This document shows, piece by piece, positions 50,076 to 61,108 of a stretch of DNA of 64,000 nucleotides (positions within the stretch are counted from its first letter, which is position 1; each line of letters starts with the position of its first letter). This stretch comes from a virus (Duplodnaviria; Caudoviricetes): positions 32,001 to 96,000 of the IMG/VR virus record IMGVR_UViG_3300032219_002227; one strand, written 5' to 3'. The notes beneath the pieces were generated by a model. That model saw nothing but the letters and a program-made list of their open reading frames with translations. It did no database searches and was not told the origin of the DNA. The position numbers and the translations under genes were made by a program.

Positions 50076-50399
50076 ATGAACGCTAAGATATTTAAAAATT
50101 TAATTAAAGAAGCAGTTCGCGAAGCTGTTCGTGAAGAAATTGGTGTTCTTTTATTAGAACAGAAAAAACAAGAACTAAATGAAAATAAAACACTCAGTTT
50201 TACTAGTAATGATGTACCTGTAAATAACGATGCTAGAGCAGCTTTACGTGGTAAAATGGGAAGTATGTTTGGATATGAATCGTCTCAACCACAATTAAAA
50301 GTTGATACTGCTTCTGATAACCCATTTGCTGCTTTTATTGCTGATGCTGGAGCTAATATGACTGCTCATGATAGAGCTGGATTAAGAAATTTAGACTAA
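50076..50399 (+). CDS. Hypothetical late protein
   Basis: FKNLIKEAVREAVREE leader; ATATTTATA at 50064. Confidence 0.6.
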   Translation: MNAKIFKNLIKEAVREAVREEIGVLLLEQKKQELNENKTLSFTSNDVPVNNDARAALRGKMGSMFGYESSQPQLKVDTASDNPFAAFIADAGANMTAHDRAGLRNLD

Positions 50400-50400
50400 T

Positions 50401-50805
50401 ATGCCGATACCTCAAACGATACGAGTAAATCCACTTGATTTACAAAAGAATATTGCTATTGGGGTATCTTTACCTTTTGATAAGCCTTTTACTAGTACTT
50501 ATACTACTAAGGATCAAATAAAGTCAAATTTAATTAATTTACTTTTAACAACTAGAGGAGAAAGACTAATGAATCCTCTTTTTGGAACAGGATTAAGAGA
50601 ATTTTTATTTGAAGGTATAACTGAACTTAATATTGGAAATCTAAAATTAGATCTTATAAATAGCATAAATATGTTTATACCTGAAATTTCAGTTGTAAAT
50701 ATAGATATAACTCCTAGCTACGATTCTAACTCTATAGAGTTAAATTTAAGTTATTTATTAAATATTTCAAATACACCTGATCAAGTAACAGTACAATTTC
50801 AATAA
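50401..50805 (+). CDS. Baseplate wedge subunit, gp25/GPW-like
   Basis: QIKSNL.NLLLT.RGERLMNP.FGT.L..FLFE. Confidence 0.9.
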   Translation: MPIPQTIRVNPLDLQKNIAIGVSLPFDKPFTSTYTTKDQIKSNLINLLLTTRGERLMNPLFGTGLREFLFEGITELNIGNLKLDLINSINMFIPEISVVNIDITPSYDSNSIELNLSYLLNISNTPDQVTVQFQ

Positions 50806-50807
50806 TA

Positions 50808-52643
50808 ATGTCTGAAGAAAAAAATATATCATACTTAAATAAAGACTTTACAAGTTTTAAAAATGCTCTTCAGCAATATGCTAAAACTTATTTTCCTACA
50901 ACATATAACGATTTTACAGAGGCAACTCCTGGTAATTTATTTATTGAAATGGCATCTTATGTAGGAGATGTAATGTCATTTTATTTAGATACCCAAACAC
51001 AAGAAAATTTTCTTTTATATGCTAAAGAAAAGGAAAATTTATATGCAATGTCGTATGTTATGGGTTATCGTCCTAAAGCATCATATGCTTCAAATACAAT
51101 AGTTGATATATACCAACTAGTACCTTCTACAGCTACTTTAGGAATATATTCTCCAGACTATAATACATACGGTCTTATTATCCCCGCTAATACAGTTTTA
51201 ACTTCTAACAGTACTGGAACTAAATTTTTAATAACAGAAGATGTTGACTTTACTCAAACAAGTAGTGTCGAAATATCTTTTATAGATTCTAACTACTTTC
51301 TTTTTAAAAAATCAGTTCCTGCTATATCTGCAGAAGTAAAATCTACTTCAATTTCATTTCCTGGTAATCAAAAATTTGTTACATCTAATATTGTTGATAC
51401 TAATGTATTACAAATATTAAATATAACAGGAAGTGATGGAAATGTATGGTATGAAGTACCTTATTTAGCCCAAACTTCTATATATAAAAAAGTATCGAAC
51501 CCAACTTCTGCTACAGATCAAGTTCCTTATTTATTACAACTACAAAGAGCTCCTAGAAGATTCGTTTCTCGTCTCTTATCAGATAATACATTACAATTAG
51601 AATTTGGAGCAGGACTATCTCAAAATAAAACAGATTCTCAAATTATACCTACTCCGGATAATATTCAATTAGGATTAGTACCTGGAATTTCATTATTAAC
51701 TAACAATTATAATGAAGCTTCAGTAATGTTTACTCAAGAATATGGATTAGCTCCTTCTGGTTCTTTTACAGTAAAATATCTAGTAGGAGGAGGAATAACA
51801 TCTAATATCCCAGCTAACGATTTAACTACTATAAATACCTCAGCTGTATATTTTAAAAATGGTAATCCTGGAGGTCTATTAGCAACTAATGTGCTAAGCA
51901 GTGTTGTATCTAATAATCCTATTCCTTCAACAGGAGGTAAAAATGGTGATACTATAGATGAAATTCGCCAAAATGCTCTTTATGCTTATTCAACTCAATT
52001 ACGAGCTGTAACTAAAGATGATTATATTGTAAGAGCAATGTCTTTACCTTCTGAGTATGGTACTATAGCTAAAGCTTACATATCACAAGATTTATATCAA
52101 TCACCACAGCAAACTGTAGCATTTACTCAACAAAATAATCCTTTATCTTTAGATTTATATGTGTTATCTTATAATGCTAATAAACAAATAACACAAGCAT
52201 CTATTTCATTAAAAAATAATCTATCAACCTATATTAATCAATATAGAATGGTTACTGATGCTATTAATATTAGAGATGCATTTTATATTAATATTGGAAT
52301 TAATTTTGATATTACTATATTAAGTGGATTTTCTAATAAAGATGTTTTAACTAGTTGTATATCTACATTGCAAGATTACTTTAATATAGATAAATGGCAA
52401 ATTAATCAACCTATTACTCTTTCTGATGTTACTTCTAAGATTTTACAAGTAAGAGGAGTACAATCTGTTGTTAAATTAGAAATAGTGAATAAACAAGATC
52501 CTACAGGAAATACTTATTCGTTATATGGATATGACATAGCAGGAGCAACTAAAAATGGAAATGTATACCCTTCTATGGATCCTGCAATTTTTGAAATTAG
52601 ATACCCTAACACGGATATACAAGGTAGAGTAGTAACATTTTAA
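50808..52643 (+). CDS. Baseplate wedge protein, T4 gp6-like
   Basis: DF.SFK..L, DF.E..PG..FIE..SYVGD..SFY.D, GG...DT..EIR, Q.RAVT..DY. Confidence 0.88.
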   Translation: MSEEKNISYLNKDFTSFKNALQQYAKTYFPTTYNDFTEATPGNLFIEMASYVGDVMSFYLDTQTQENFLLYAKEKENLYAMSYVMGYRPKASYASNTIVDIYQLVPSTATLGIYSPDYNTYGLIIPANTVLTSNSTGTKFLITEDVDFTQTSSVEISFIDSNYFLFKKSVPAISAEVKSTSISFPGNQKFVTSNIVDTNVLQILNITGSDGNVWYEVPYLAQTSIYKKVSNPTSATDQVPYLLQLQRAPRRFVSRLLSDNTLQLEFGAGLSQNKTDSQIIPTPDNIQLGLVPGISLLTNNYNEASVMFTQEYGLAPSGSFTVKYLVGGGITSNIPANDLTTINTSAVYFKNGNPGGLLATNVLSSVVSNNPIPSTGGKNGDTIDEIRQNALYAYSTQLRAVTKDDYIVRAMSLPSEYGTIAKAYISQDLYQSPQQTVAFTQQNNPLSLDLYVLSYNANKQITQASISLKNNLSTYINQYRMVTDAINIRDAFYINIGINFDITILSGFSNKDVLTSCISTLQDYFNIDKWQINQPITLSDVTSKILQVRGVQSVVKLEIVNKQDPTGNTYSLYGYDIAGATKNGNVYPSMDPAIFEIRYPNTDIQGRVVTF

Positions 52644-52692
52644 TGTAAAATAATTTAGTAGTTACTATATTTATACGTAGTAATTACTAACT

Positions 52693-53790
52693 ATGGCTGT
52701 TTATAAAATATTTCCTGAAAAGAGTGCTACTCTCTATTCATACTACCCTGCCTTAAACTCAGGAATAGATGAAATATTAGAAGTTAGTACTTTCTATTCC
52801 ATTGGAGGAACCAATGATGTATCACGTATCCTTATAAAATTTCCAACTAATCAAATAAGTGACACTATTACTAGTAAAATAGCAGGAAAGTTATTTGATG
52901 TTTATTTAAAAGCATATCTCGCCAATGCATCTTCAGTTCCATTAAATTATACTTTACTTTCTCATCCTATTTCTAAAGATTGGAATAAAGGAACAGGACG
53001 ATTATCTAATTCTCCTATCACTACAGATGGAGCTAGCTGGACTTTTACTGATCAATCAGGAAGTATTAAATGGATAAATGGTGCTTTTCCTTCAGGAACT
53101 ACAGGATCTTATACAGGATCTAATGTTGGTGGTGGAACATGGTGGACTAGTTCATTATACCAATCGACTCAATCTTTTAATAATATATCTGATAAAGATA
53201 TTGAACTAAAAGTTACTGAAACTGTAAAAGCATGGAATAGTGGTTCTATTAGTAACTATGGATTTATATTAAAACATTCCTCATCTTTAGAGTTTACTAC
53301 AGCTTCTAAGTTTGAATTAAAATATTTTTCAGATAATACACATACTATTTATCCTCCTGCTCTTGAATTTAGATGGGATGATTCATTATATGCTACTGGT
53401 TCATTAACTGTATTTACTTCAAGTTTATGTGCTGTAACAATGTGGAATAATAAAGCTGAATTCCAACAGGATTCAATTCAGCGTTTTAGAGTAAATGTAA
53501 GAGATCAATATCCATCCGTAGCATTCAGAACATCGATTAGTTATGCTAATACAAAAGCATTACCTTCTACTTCATATTGGTCAATAAAAGATTTGGATAC
53601 TGAAGAAATTGTCGTAGATTATGACACTTCATATACTAAAATAAGCTGTGATACTAATGGTAATTATTTCAATGTTTATATGAATGGGTTAGAACCAGAA
53701 CGTTATTATAAAGTATTAATTAAATCTATATTTTCAAACGGAGAATCAATAGTATTTGATAAAGATTATATTTTTAAAGTTATTAGATAA
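52693..53790 (+). CDS. Virion structural protein (DNRLRE-like N-domain)
   Basis: N.G.DEILE, SRILIKF, W..G.G, NYGFILK, T.TIYPP.LE. Confidence 0.6.
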   Translation: MAVYKIFPEKSATLYSYYPALNSGIDEILEVSTFYSIGGTNDVSRILIKFPTNQISDTITSKIAGKLFDVYLKAYLANASSVPLNYTLLSHPISKDWNKGTGRLSNSPITTDGASWTFTDQSGSIKWINGAFPSGTTGSYTGSNVGGGTWWTSSLYQSTQSFNNISDKDIELKVTETVKAWNSGSISNYGFILKHSSSLEFTTASKFELKYFSDNTHTIYPPALEFRWDDSLYATGSLTVFTSSLCAVTMWNNKAEFQQDSIQRFRVNVRDQYPSVAFRTSISYANTKALPSTSYWSIKDLDTEEIVVDYDTSYTKISCDTNGNYFNVYMNGLEPERYYKVLIKSIFSNGESIVFDKDYIFKVIR

Positions 53791-54131
53791 TGTCACAAAT
53801 ACCAGTACAAAAAACTGTATTTAATAAAGATACCTATAGTAGAGTAATTGACACCCAATTCAGTCAGTTTACTTCTCAAGGAGAAGAAGAAACTTTATCT
53901 TTTACAGTTAATGATTTTTTTGAATTATATGATCAAGTATTTTATCAAATACCTAGGGATGGAGATGCAGATTCACATCAATATATTTTACAACGTGAAG
54001 CTGATTATTTAGGAGTTAATATAAATCAAGATGATGTGCAAGCTTTATTAGATGAAATTACAACATTAAGGCAGCAATTACTTGATTCGCAAACAATAGT
54101 AAATGAGTTAACTAGGGTAACTAGACAATAA
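53790..54131 (+). CDS. Hypothetical virion-module protein
   Basis: C-terminal coiled coil. Confidence 0.6.
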   Translation: MSQIPVQKTVFNKDTYSRVIDTQFSQFTSQGEEETLSFTVNDFFELYDQVFYQIPRDGDADSHQYILQREADYLGVNINQDDVQALLDEITTLRQQLLDSQTIVNELTRVTRQ

Positions 54132-57100
54132 TGGCAGAAAATATAAAAATAGTAGGTGAAATTGTTGCTACAGAGCAAATATCTCGTTATAATGAGGCTG
54201 ATCTTAATTTACTTAATCCTTTTACTTTAAAAGAAGATTTTGGACAGCTTAATGATTATATAGAATATTATGTTTATGATGCTGGTGGAAATCTTTTAAA
54301 TACTAATTATAATTATAATAGTTTTAAATTAGATCCAAGTTCTTATATAAATCCTACTAATGGTTCTTTACCTGTAATAGAAATTGATCCGGTAAAAGAT
54401 CTTCAAAATCTAGGATATACCTCAGGGGAATTTAGACCACAATATAATTTTTTTAATAATAAAGTTTCAAACCCAACTGCTGATTTATTCTTAAAAGAAG
54501 TTTCATCTGATAGAACAGAAATAAAAGTAGGCTCTACTGTTCTTACAAATCAACAAATTGAAGACGCTGCTTTATCTCTTATAAATGAATATACAGGGTC
54601 TGCTTACTTTGTTAATTATTTAATTAACTTTGGATCTAATGTACAAGCAGTAGCAGTAAATGTTGCTTTAAATAAACTTGATTCTGGCTATGAAATCTGG
54701 TTTAAACTATATCAGTCTCTATCAATAGATATTCAAGATAAATCAACATTGTGGGTTGTAGAAGAAAAAGTTAATCCTTATTTATTTAATATTAACTTAG
54801 ATAAATTAATTCTTCCTTCTACTGGATCACAATTGAGAGGTCCTAATTTTAGTATTGAAATTCCTAATCAAAATAATGTTGCTACTTCATATCAAACATA
54901 TGATGCTTTAATTAATAACATAAAGAATGTATCTTCTTCATATCAGCAATTATTAAGTATTATTACTTCTCAAAGTATAGACATTAATACAGATTATGCA
55001 GATTTTACAAACTTTGTATTTTTTAGCTCAGCTAAACAAAGATTAACAAATTTTTACGGTAAAGTAAAAGATATAGAAGATTATAGAAATAATATAAATA
55101 CTTATATTCCTTTAACTTCTAGTTATCCTAACTTAATAAACGATTATAATAACGCTACAGCTAGTATAAATAATACTATAGCTAATTTTGATGGATTTGA
55201 ATATTATTTATATTTTGAAAGTGGATCTACTTTAACATCTTCATTAGAATATAGAATTAATCCATATCCAAAAACTGGAACTCAAAGACCACTTAATTTA
55301 TTATCAACTGGTTCAAGTACTGTTTTAACTTGGTATAATGCTTCTACTTCTAGTGCTGAAAATTATGATGATTACAATCAAAATAATTTAATTTATACTG
55401 TACCTTCATTTATAAAAGATGATAATAGTAATGCTCCTTACCTGACTTTTCTTAATATGGTAGGTCATTACTTTGATAATATTTGGATTTATCTTAAAGC
55501 AGTTACTGATATTAATTTAGCTAATAATAATTTAGAAAAAGGTGTTTCTAAAGACTTAGTATATACTGTTCTACAATCATTAGGAACTAAATTATATAAC
55601 AAGTATGGTGATATAGAAAATAATCTTTATCTAGTAGGTCAAGATAGTGGTAGTGTATTATTTGATAATAATTTTACTCCTACTGGTTCTTTTTTAAATA
55701 ATATTCCTCGTAAAGATTTAGTAGCTGAAACTTATAAACGAATTTATCATAATTTACCTTTATTATTAAAAACTAGAGGTACATCTTATGGATTACAAAC
55801 TTTAATATCTACTTTCGGTATTACTGGGAGTATATTAAGTGTTAAAGAATATGGTGGTAATTTAAAGTCTCAAACTTTAGATGAATATAACAGTGATAAA
55901 GTTAGAATATTATCTAATAATATAGTAACAGGAAGTGTTTTATCTCCTCATATTAGTTTACAACAATATCCATCATCGTCTGATTATTTTAGAACTAATG
56001 ATTCTCACTACGTTGATGTTTCTTTTTCTCCTCAAACGCAAATAGATAGTTACGCCTCTACATCTATCGCGACATCAAACTCAACTTGGTCTATAGATGA
56101 CTTTATAGGAGATCCAGGATATTTATATAGTAGTTCATATGATAATTTAAATAGCCAAAGAAATACTTATTATAATTTTAATCCTTCATACTTAGATTAT
56201 GCTGGATTTATTCGCCTGATTCAATTTTTTGATAATTCATTGTTTAAAATGATAAAAGATTTTACCCCAGCTAGGGCAAATCTTTCTACAGGCGTTACTA
56301 TTAATTCTCCAGTATTAGAAAGGAATAAATTTGCCTATGCAAATCCTTCTTCTACTTCTGAAATTACTATCTATACAGGTAGTATAGATGGACCTAGTAT
56401 ATCTTCAGAATATACTGATTTATATGATGGATTAGGAGGAAATAAAATAGCCTATTATGATGGAACTATAACAGGTAGTAATATTGATTATAAAAATGAT
56501 TGGATAGCAAGAAATTTTAATCCTTATTTACTCTCTATTGGTACTATATCTGGATCTGATTTAGATATATTTACTCATTCTGAATTTAATGTATTATTAA
56601 ATAACGTTTCATCTAGTGTATTATCACTAAATAGAAAATTACGTCAACCTATATATACCGGAACTGGATTAAATTTTGTTTTAGCTGGATATTCTTCTAG
56701 TTATTTTGCCGAATTGCAAGACTCATATGAATCTTTAATTTCATATAATAGACCTAGATATGATGGAGTTAAAATAAGTAGCTTATATTATAATAATTAT
56801 ACTTCTGCTTCTTCAACTTACGAAGGAGATACATCATATGGTAAAACAGCTACTATTGATAAACAAGTAAGACAAATAGGATTATTTACAGAAATAATAT
56901 CTTCTTCTTTCTTACCTAGACGTAATAGAATATCTATAAAATATCTTGTAGATGAATTTGGCGGATTAACAGAATTAAACCAACGTAATAAACATTGGGA
57001 AGATGTACAAAGAACATTTATAGCAGGTGATAATTTAAATATATCATTATTTGATAATCAAAAATTTGGTAACCAAAAAACTACTGATGGTGATAAATTA

Positions 57101-57796
57101 ATATTCGATAGTGGATATTCATATTATCCTATTTTATATTTTGCTAGTTGTAGTGCTGATCCTACAATATATTTTGAAAACTTAGGTGGACCTAGTGCTT
57201 ATAGAGCAACAGCTAAGAATGTAAGTTCTTCTTATTCTATAAGTGGATCATCTCCATTAGGATTTCCTATAGCTGGGGGTGTTGTAAAAAATATATTTAA
57301 TTATGAAACTGAAGATTTAAGTAATGTATTTTTTCCTGGCACACTTGCTAGTTTCCCTTCATATTCTGTAGTTGAATCAGGCCAATATAATATTCAAGCT
57401 GAATTTGATGTAACGGTAACTTTACCAGATAGTGGAATAGCTTCTTGGTCTTTACAAGTATTTAAAAACAGCGATCCTACTCCTTTATTTGAAAGTGAAA
57501 ATATATACACTAATGCCTCTCCGATAATTTCATATAGAATATTATTTGCTACTGGATCTGCAGCAGGCGATGTTTGTTCTAGAGGCCCATCTAATTCAGG
57601 TGTTGCTTGGTCAAATACCCAATATCCAGGAAATGGAGATACTATTTTTACTAACTCTAGCTTAACAACCCCAGTTGCTATTACAGGGTATTTTGCACAG
57701 TATATTCCTAATATTCCTGATCCAACATATTATGGACCTACTCGTACTATTTCTGGTAATACAGTAGGAAGTGATAGTGGAGTACCTCAATGTTAA
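54131..57796 (+). CDS. Large baseplate/tail structural protein
   Basis: FLNMVGHYFD, RIYHNLP.LLKTRGT, PARA.L.TG; S/T/G-rich. Confidence 0.65.
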   Translation: MAENIKIVGEIVATEQISRYNEADLNLLNPFTLKEDFGQLNDYIEYYVYDAGGNLLNTNYNYNSFKLDPSSYINPTNGSLPVIEIDPVKDLQNLGYTSGEFRPQYNFFNNKVSNPTADLFLKEVSSDRTEIKVGSTVLTNQQIEDAALSLINEYTGSAYFVNYLINFGSNVQAVAVNVALNKLDSGYEIWFKLYQSLSIDIQDKSTLWVVEEKVNPYLFNINLDKLILPSTGSQLRGPNFSIEIPNQNNVATSYQTYDALINNIKNVSSSYQQLLSIITSQSIDINTDYADFTNFVFFSSAKQRLTNFYGKVKDIEDYRNNINTYIPLTSSYPNLINDYNNATASINNTIANFDGFEYYLYFESGSTLTSSLEYRINPYPKTGTQRPLNLLSTGSSTVLTWYNASTSSAENYDDYNQNNLIYTVPSFIKDDNSNAPYLTFLNMVGHYFDNIWIYLKAVTDINLANNNLEKGVSKDLVYTVLQSLGTKLYNKYGDIENNLYLVGQDSGSVLFDNNFTPTGSFLNNIPRKDLVAETYKRIYHNLPLLLKTRGTSYGLQTLISTFGITGSILSVKEYGGNLKSQTLDEYNSDKVRILSNNIVTGSVLSPHISLQQYPSSSDYFRTNDSHYVDVSFSPQTQIDSYASTSIATSNSTWSIDDFIGDPGYLYSSSYDNLNSQRNTYYNFNPSYLDYAGFIRLIQFFDNSLFKMIKDFTPARANLSTGVTINSPVLERNKFAYANPSSTSEITIYTGSIDGPSISSEYTDLYDGLGGNKIAYYDGTITGSNIDYKNDWIARNFNPYLLSIGTISGSDLDIFTHSEFNVLLNNVSSSVLSLNRKLRQPIYTGTGLNFVLAGYSSSYFAELQDSYESLISYNRPRYDGVKISSLYYNNYTSASSTYEGDTSYGKTATIDKQVRQIGLFTEIISSSFLPRRNRISIKYLVDEFGGLTELNQRNKHWEDVQRTFIAGDNLNISLFDNQKFGNQKTTDGDKLIFDSGYSYYPILYFASCSADPTIYFENLGGPSAYRATAKNVSSSYSISGSSPLGFPIAGGVVKNIFNYETEDLSNVFFPGTLASFPSYSVVESGQYNIQAEFDVTVTLPDSGIASWSLQVFKNSDPTPLFESENIYTNASPIISYRILFATGSAAGDVCSRGPSNSGVAWSNTQYPGNGDTIFTNSSLTTPVAITGYFAQYIPNIPDPTYYGPTRTISGNTVGSDSGVPQC

Positions 57797-57808
57797 AACT
57801 AACTAATT

Positions 57809-58534
57809 ATGGCTTTTACACAAACTAAAACCTTTAGTATAAATCAAAATGGTGTTTCTTTAGACATCGGAGATAAATTAATTTTTAAATTAGTTTTAGA
57901 GGGATCTTCTACAAGTAATTTTACTGCTTCTATAAGTCAAGGATCATTAAACATAGCGTCTTTAGCTGCATCTACCGGATATGCATCAACAGATTGTCCT
58001 TACTTCGATTCAAGCTCTATATCAGCATCAATGGCTTCTTCTAATAACAATATCATAACTTTAGATTCAGGTGTAACTAATTTTCATAACAATAATTATC
58101 AATTTGTACCTAATCCACTTTCTGGGTCTTTAAGTAGTTTATATGATGAATATGGAGATGTAGATTATCCTTTTTCTATTAAATCATATGATATAGCTAT
58201 AACTTATCTATCAGATAAAACATTTGTTGAATCTAGAATTATTAGTACTTCTCTTTCAGCAACTAGTCTTCTTCAATTACATTTAGATGCACCATTATCT
58301 AATTTTTATGCTACTAACTTAATATCAGGATCTTATAAAAGCTTTTTAATATTATCTAGAGTAAACGATGAAACTAACGCACATGCTGTATTTAGAAAAA
58401 GAGATGGAAAAACATCATATGGATTTATAATTCCGGATAATTTAGCTCCGGATGTATTGGCTAATATAGATACTATAACACGTCAAGTAAAACAAAAATT
58501 ATTAGCTGATCAACAAGGTAGTACATCATTATAA
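57809..58534 (+). CDS. Structural protein; appears to continue the preceding protein's fold
   Basis: Starts TKTFSINQNGVSLDIGDKLIFKL; S-rich. Confidence 0.55.
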   Translation: MAFTQTKTFSINQNGVSLDIGDKLIFKLVLEGSSTSNFTASISQGSLNIASLAASTGYASTDCPYFDSSSISASMASSNNNIITLDSGVTNFHNNNYQFVPNPLSGSLSSLYDEYGDVDYPFSIKSYDIAITYLSDKTFVESRIISTSLSATSLLQLHLDAPLSNFYATNLISGSYKSFLILSRVNDETNAHAVFRKRDGKTSYGFIIPDNLAPDVLANIDTITRQVKQKLLADQQGSTSL

Positions 58535-58578
58535 AACTTAATTTTTTAACATATTTATAATATATATAATAAACTGAT

Positions 58579-59241
58579 ATGGCGATTTTAAATTCTGCAA
58601 CTATAACCGTAGATGCAATATTAACTACAAAAGGCCGTGAACTATTAGCTCGCAATGATGGTTCATTTAAAATTACACAATTTTCATTAGCCGATGATGA
58701 AATTGATTATACTTTGTATAATCCAACCCACCCATCTGGTTCTGCGTTCTATGGTGAAGCAATTGAAAATACACCGGTGTTAGAAGCATTTCCTGAAGAT
58801 TCACAAATTATGCGTTACAAACTTGTAACATTACCTCGTGGAACCTCTAAACTACCAGTAATTAATCTTGGATATACTGCCGTTTCACTTAAACAGGGGG
58901 CTTCATTAACAATTACTCCACAAACACTTAATTATTTAGGTGCTACAAGTACATTTGAATCTAATGGATATGTTGCTACAATTGCTGATTCTCGTTTAGT
59001 ATCTACCTTTACTGGTACAGGTATTACTACTACAACTCCAGTTTCAGGATTGAATACAACTACAGGAACTGTATTGTCAGTAACTCAAGTAGGTACTTCA
59101 TTCACATTAACCGGTACTACAATTAATACTTTGTTCGGAACTAGTTTGTCTTCTCTAACTACTACTATTACCGTGATTGGTAGAGATAGTGGTGCTAGGA
59201 TTACTATTCCTCTTAATATTTTAAAAGTATCAACACTTTAA
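58579..59241 (+). CDS. Virion structural protein
   Basis: DAILT.KGRELLA, ITQFSLADDEIDY; T-rich. Confidence 0.6.
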   Translation: MAILNSATITVDAILTTKGRELLARNDGSFKITQFSLADDEIDYTLYNPTHPSGSAFYGEAIENTPVLEAFPEDSQIMRYKLVTLPRGTSKLPVINLGYTAVSLKQGASLTITPQTLNYLGATSTFESNGYVATIADSRLVSTFTGTGITTTTPVSGLNTTTGTVLSVTQVGTSFTLTGTTINTLFGTSLSSLTTTITVIGRDSGARITIPLNILKVSTL

Positions 59242-59254
59242 TATAATATAAAAT

Positions 59255-60175
59255 ATGTCATTTGTAAGATACAACCCAGAAGATCAAGTAGTAAGCTCAG
59301 AAACCGTAGTACGTGGTTTATGGAGTGGAGATACATATAACTTAGCTAATCTAGGATTCTTTACTGCTAGTTCTAATACATCTTATTATTTAAATGTATA
59401 CGATACTGCCGGTACAGCTTCATTACAGTTTGCTATTCAATATGGTAATTTACAAGGATCAGGATCTACTCCTATAAATTCTTTAGTACCTGGTAATACT
59501 CCAACTCGTATCGTATATGGAGAATATAGAAATTTAGTTTATGGAACTGAAAATCAAAACTTTGTATTTAACGGATCTGTATCAGCAAGCGGAATTTATA
59601 TTGTAAATATTGCTCGCTCTCGCTATAAAGAAAGTCTCCAACCAGGTTCTCTTGAATTAACAGTAGGTACTAGAACATTAATTGATGATAGTACAACTAC
59701 TAATTTATCTCGTTTCCTAGGTGAAAATAGATATTATAACCTAATTAGCGGAAGTATAGCTAGTGGTTCATCTAGCACAGCTGTTAATTATGGGTTTTTC
59801 TTCCCCGACATGGGTCTTCTTGTATTAGACTCTGGAAGTTTAGGAGCTAGTGTAACAGGAACTGGATCTGCAGCATTGTTTAATGCTATTAAAACGGGCA
59901 ATAACTTTAAACTTCAATCAGCAGAAACTGTATCTTCAACCTATTTCTTTACACGTGTAAAAAATAGTGAATTTAATTATACTACTAATCCATCTATTAT
60001 AGATGATAATGGTAATTTATTATATACTGCATTAATTAATAACCCACAGACATATCCAACAACTGTAGGATTATATAATGACAATAATGAATTACTTGCT
60101 GTAGCTAAATTAAGTAGACCTTTAACAAAGGATTTTACAAAAGAAGCCTTAATTAGAATCAAATTAGATTATTAA
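59255..60175 (+). CDS. Virion structural protein
   Basis: C-terminal TTVGLYNDNNELLAVAKL. Confidence 0.6.
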   Translation: MSFVRYNPEDQVVSSETVVRGLWSGDTYNLANLGFFTASSNTSYYLNVYDTAGTASLQFAIQYGNLQGSGSTPINSLVPGNTPTRIVYGEYRNLVYGTENQNFVFNGSVSASGIYIVNIARSRYKESLQPGSLELTVGTRTLIDDSTTTNLSRFLGENRYYNLISGSIASGSSSTAVNYGFFFPDMGLLVLDSGSLGASVTGTGSAALFNAIKTGNNFKLQSAETVSSTYFFTRVKNSEFNYTTNPSIIDDNGNLLYTALINNPQTYPTTVGLYNDNNELLAVAKLSRPLTKDFTKEALIRIKLDY

Positions 60176-60178
60176 TGC

Positions 60179-61108
60179 ATGTCTTCATTCAAAAAGTTAA
60201 GCAAATCAGACGTTTCAGTCGTACCGTACTATGCTAACAAGCAATGGAGTATACCTTCTTCTTCTATTTCTAGTTATGCAACTGTCTTTGTAGGAAGTAA
60301 TGTAGCTGGAATTTTTAATCCATCAACGGATCCAACTTCTAATGGACAATATCAAAGATTAATTTACAACCAAATTAATCAATTATTTTACCAATCATAC
60401 AGTGCTTCTTTAAATACATCTTCATTAGCAAATTCAATTTATTATGAATCTGCTTCTCAACAACGTCCAACTTCCTCATACTTTATTTACAATGATAATA
60501 GTAATCTTGTAAAAAATTTCCCTACTGGATCTGGTAATCAAATAATAGTATTATCTATAGATCAAAGTACTTATGGTAATAAAATATTACCAAGATATTT
60601 CCAATTATCCTCATCTGCTAATTTTATAATAGACGACGGATACGGAAATTTAATTGATATAACCTCAGTAGCTAGTACTTATATAACTAATGGGTATTTT
60701 AATGTTGATGCTTATTTTGAAAATAGTTCTCCTGGGGTGTCAACTTATATAGGAAATATATACTATGCTCAGGGATTAGTAATTGTGACAAATCCACTTT
60801 TCTTAAATATATTTAATGAATCTACTTTAGTATTATCTTATAAAAATGAACATACTATCTATGAAAATGAAGTCCGTTGTTTAGTAAAGGAAAGTGATTA
60901 TAATTTATCGTATAATCCAACATTAGTAACTAATTATGCTAGTGGCTCTGTAAAAGATTTTGCTACTGGTTCTAATTTTTATACTTATGCTACAACATTA
61001 GGATTATATAATGACAATAATGAATTATTAGCTGTAGCTAAATTTGGTAAACCAATGTTAATGTCCCCAGACACAGACATGACTTTTGTTATAAAATATG
61101 ACACATAA
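60179..61108 (+). CDS. Virion structural protein, paralogous C-terminus to 59255..60175
   Basis: TTLGLYNDNNELLAVAKF. Confidence 0.6.
   Translation: MSSFKKLSKSDVSVVPYYANKQWSIPSSSISSYATVFVGSNVAGIFNPSTDPTSNGQYQRLIYNQINQLFYQSYSASLNTSSLANSIYYESASQQRPTSSYFIYNDNSNLVKNFPTGSGNQIIVLSIDQSTYGNKILPRYFQLSSSANFIIDDGYGNLIDITSVASTYITNGYFNVDAYFENSSPGVSTYIGNIYYAQGLVIVTNPLFLNIFNESTLVLSYKNEHTIYENEVRCLVKESDYNLSYNPTLVTNYASGSVKDFATGSNFYTYATTLGLYNDNNELLAVAKFGKPMLMSPDTDMTFVIKYDT

Noticed and set aside
54131-61108. Diversity-generating retroelement acting on tail genes
   Set aside because: No reverse transcriptase and no TR/VR pair differing at adenines was seen in this window
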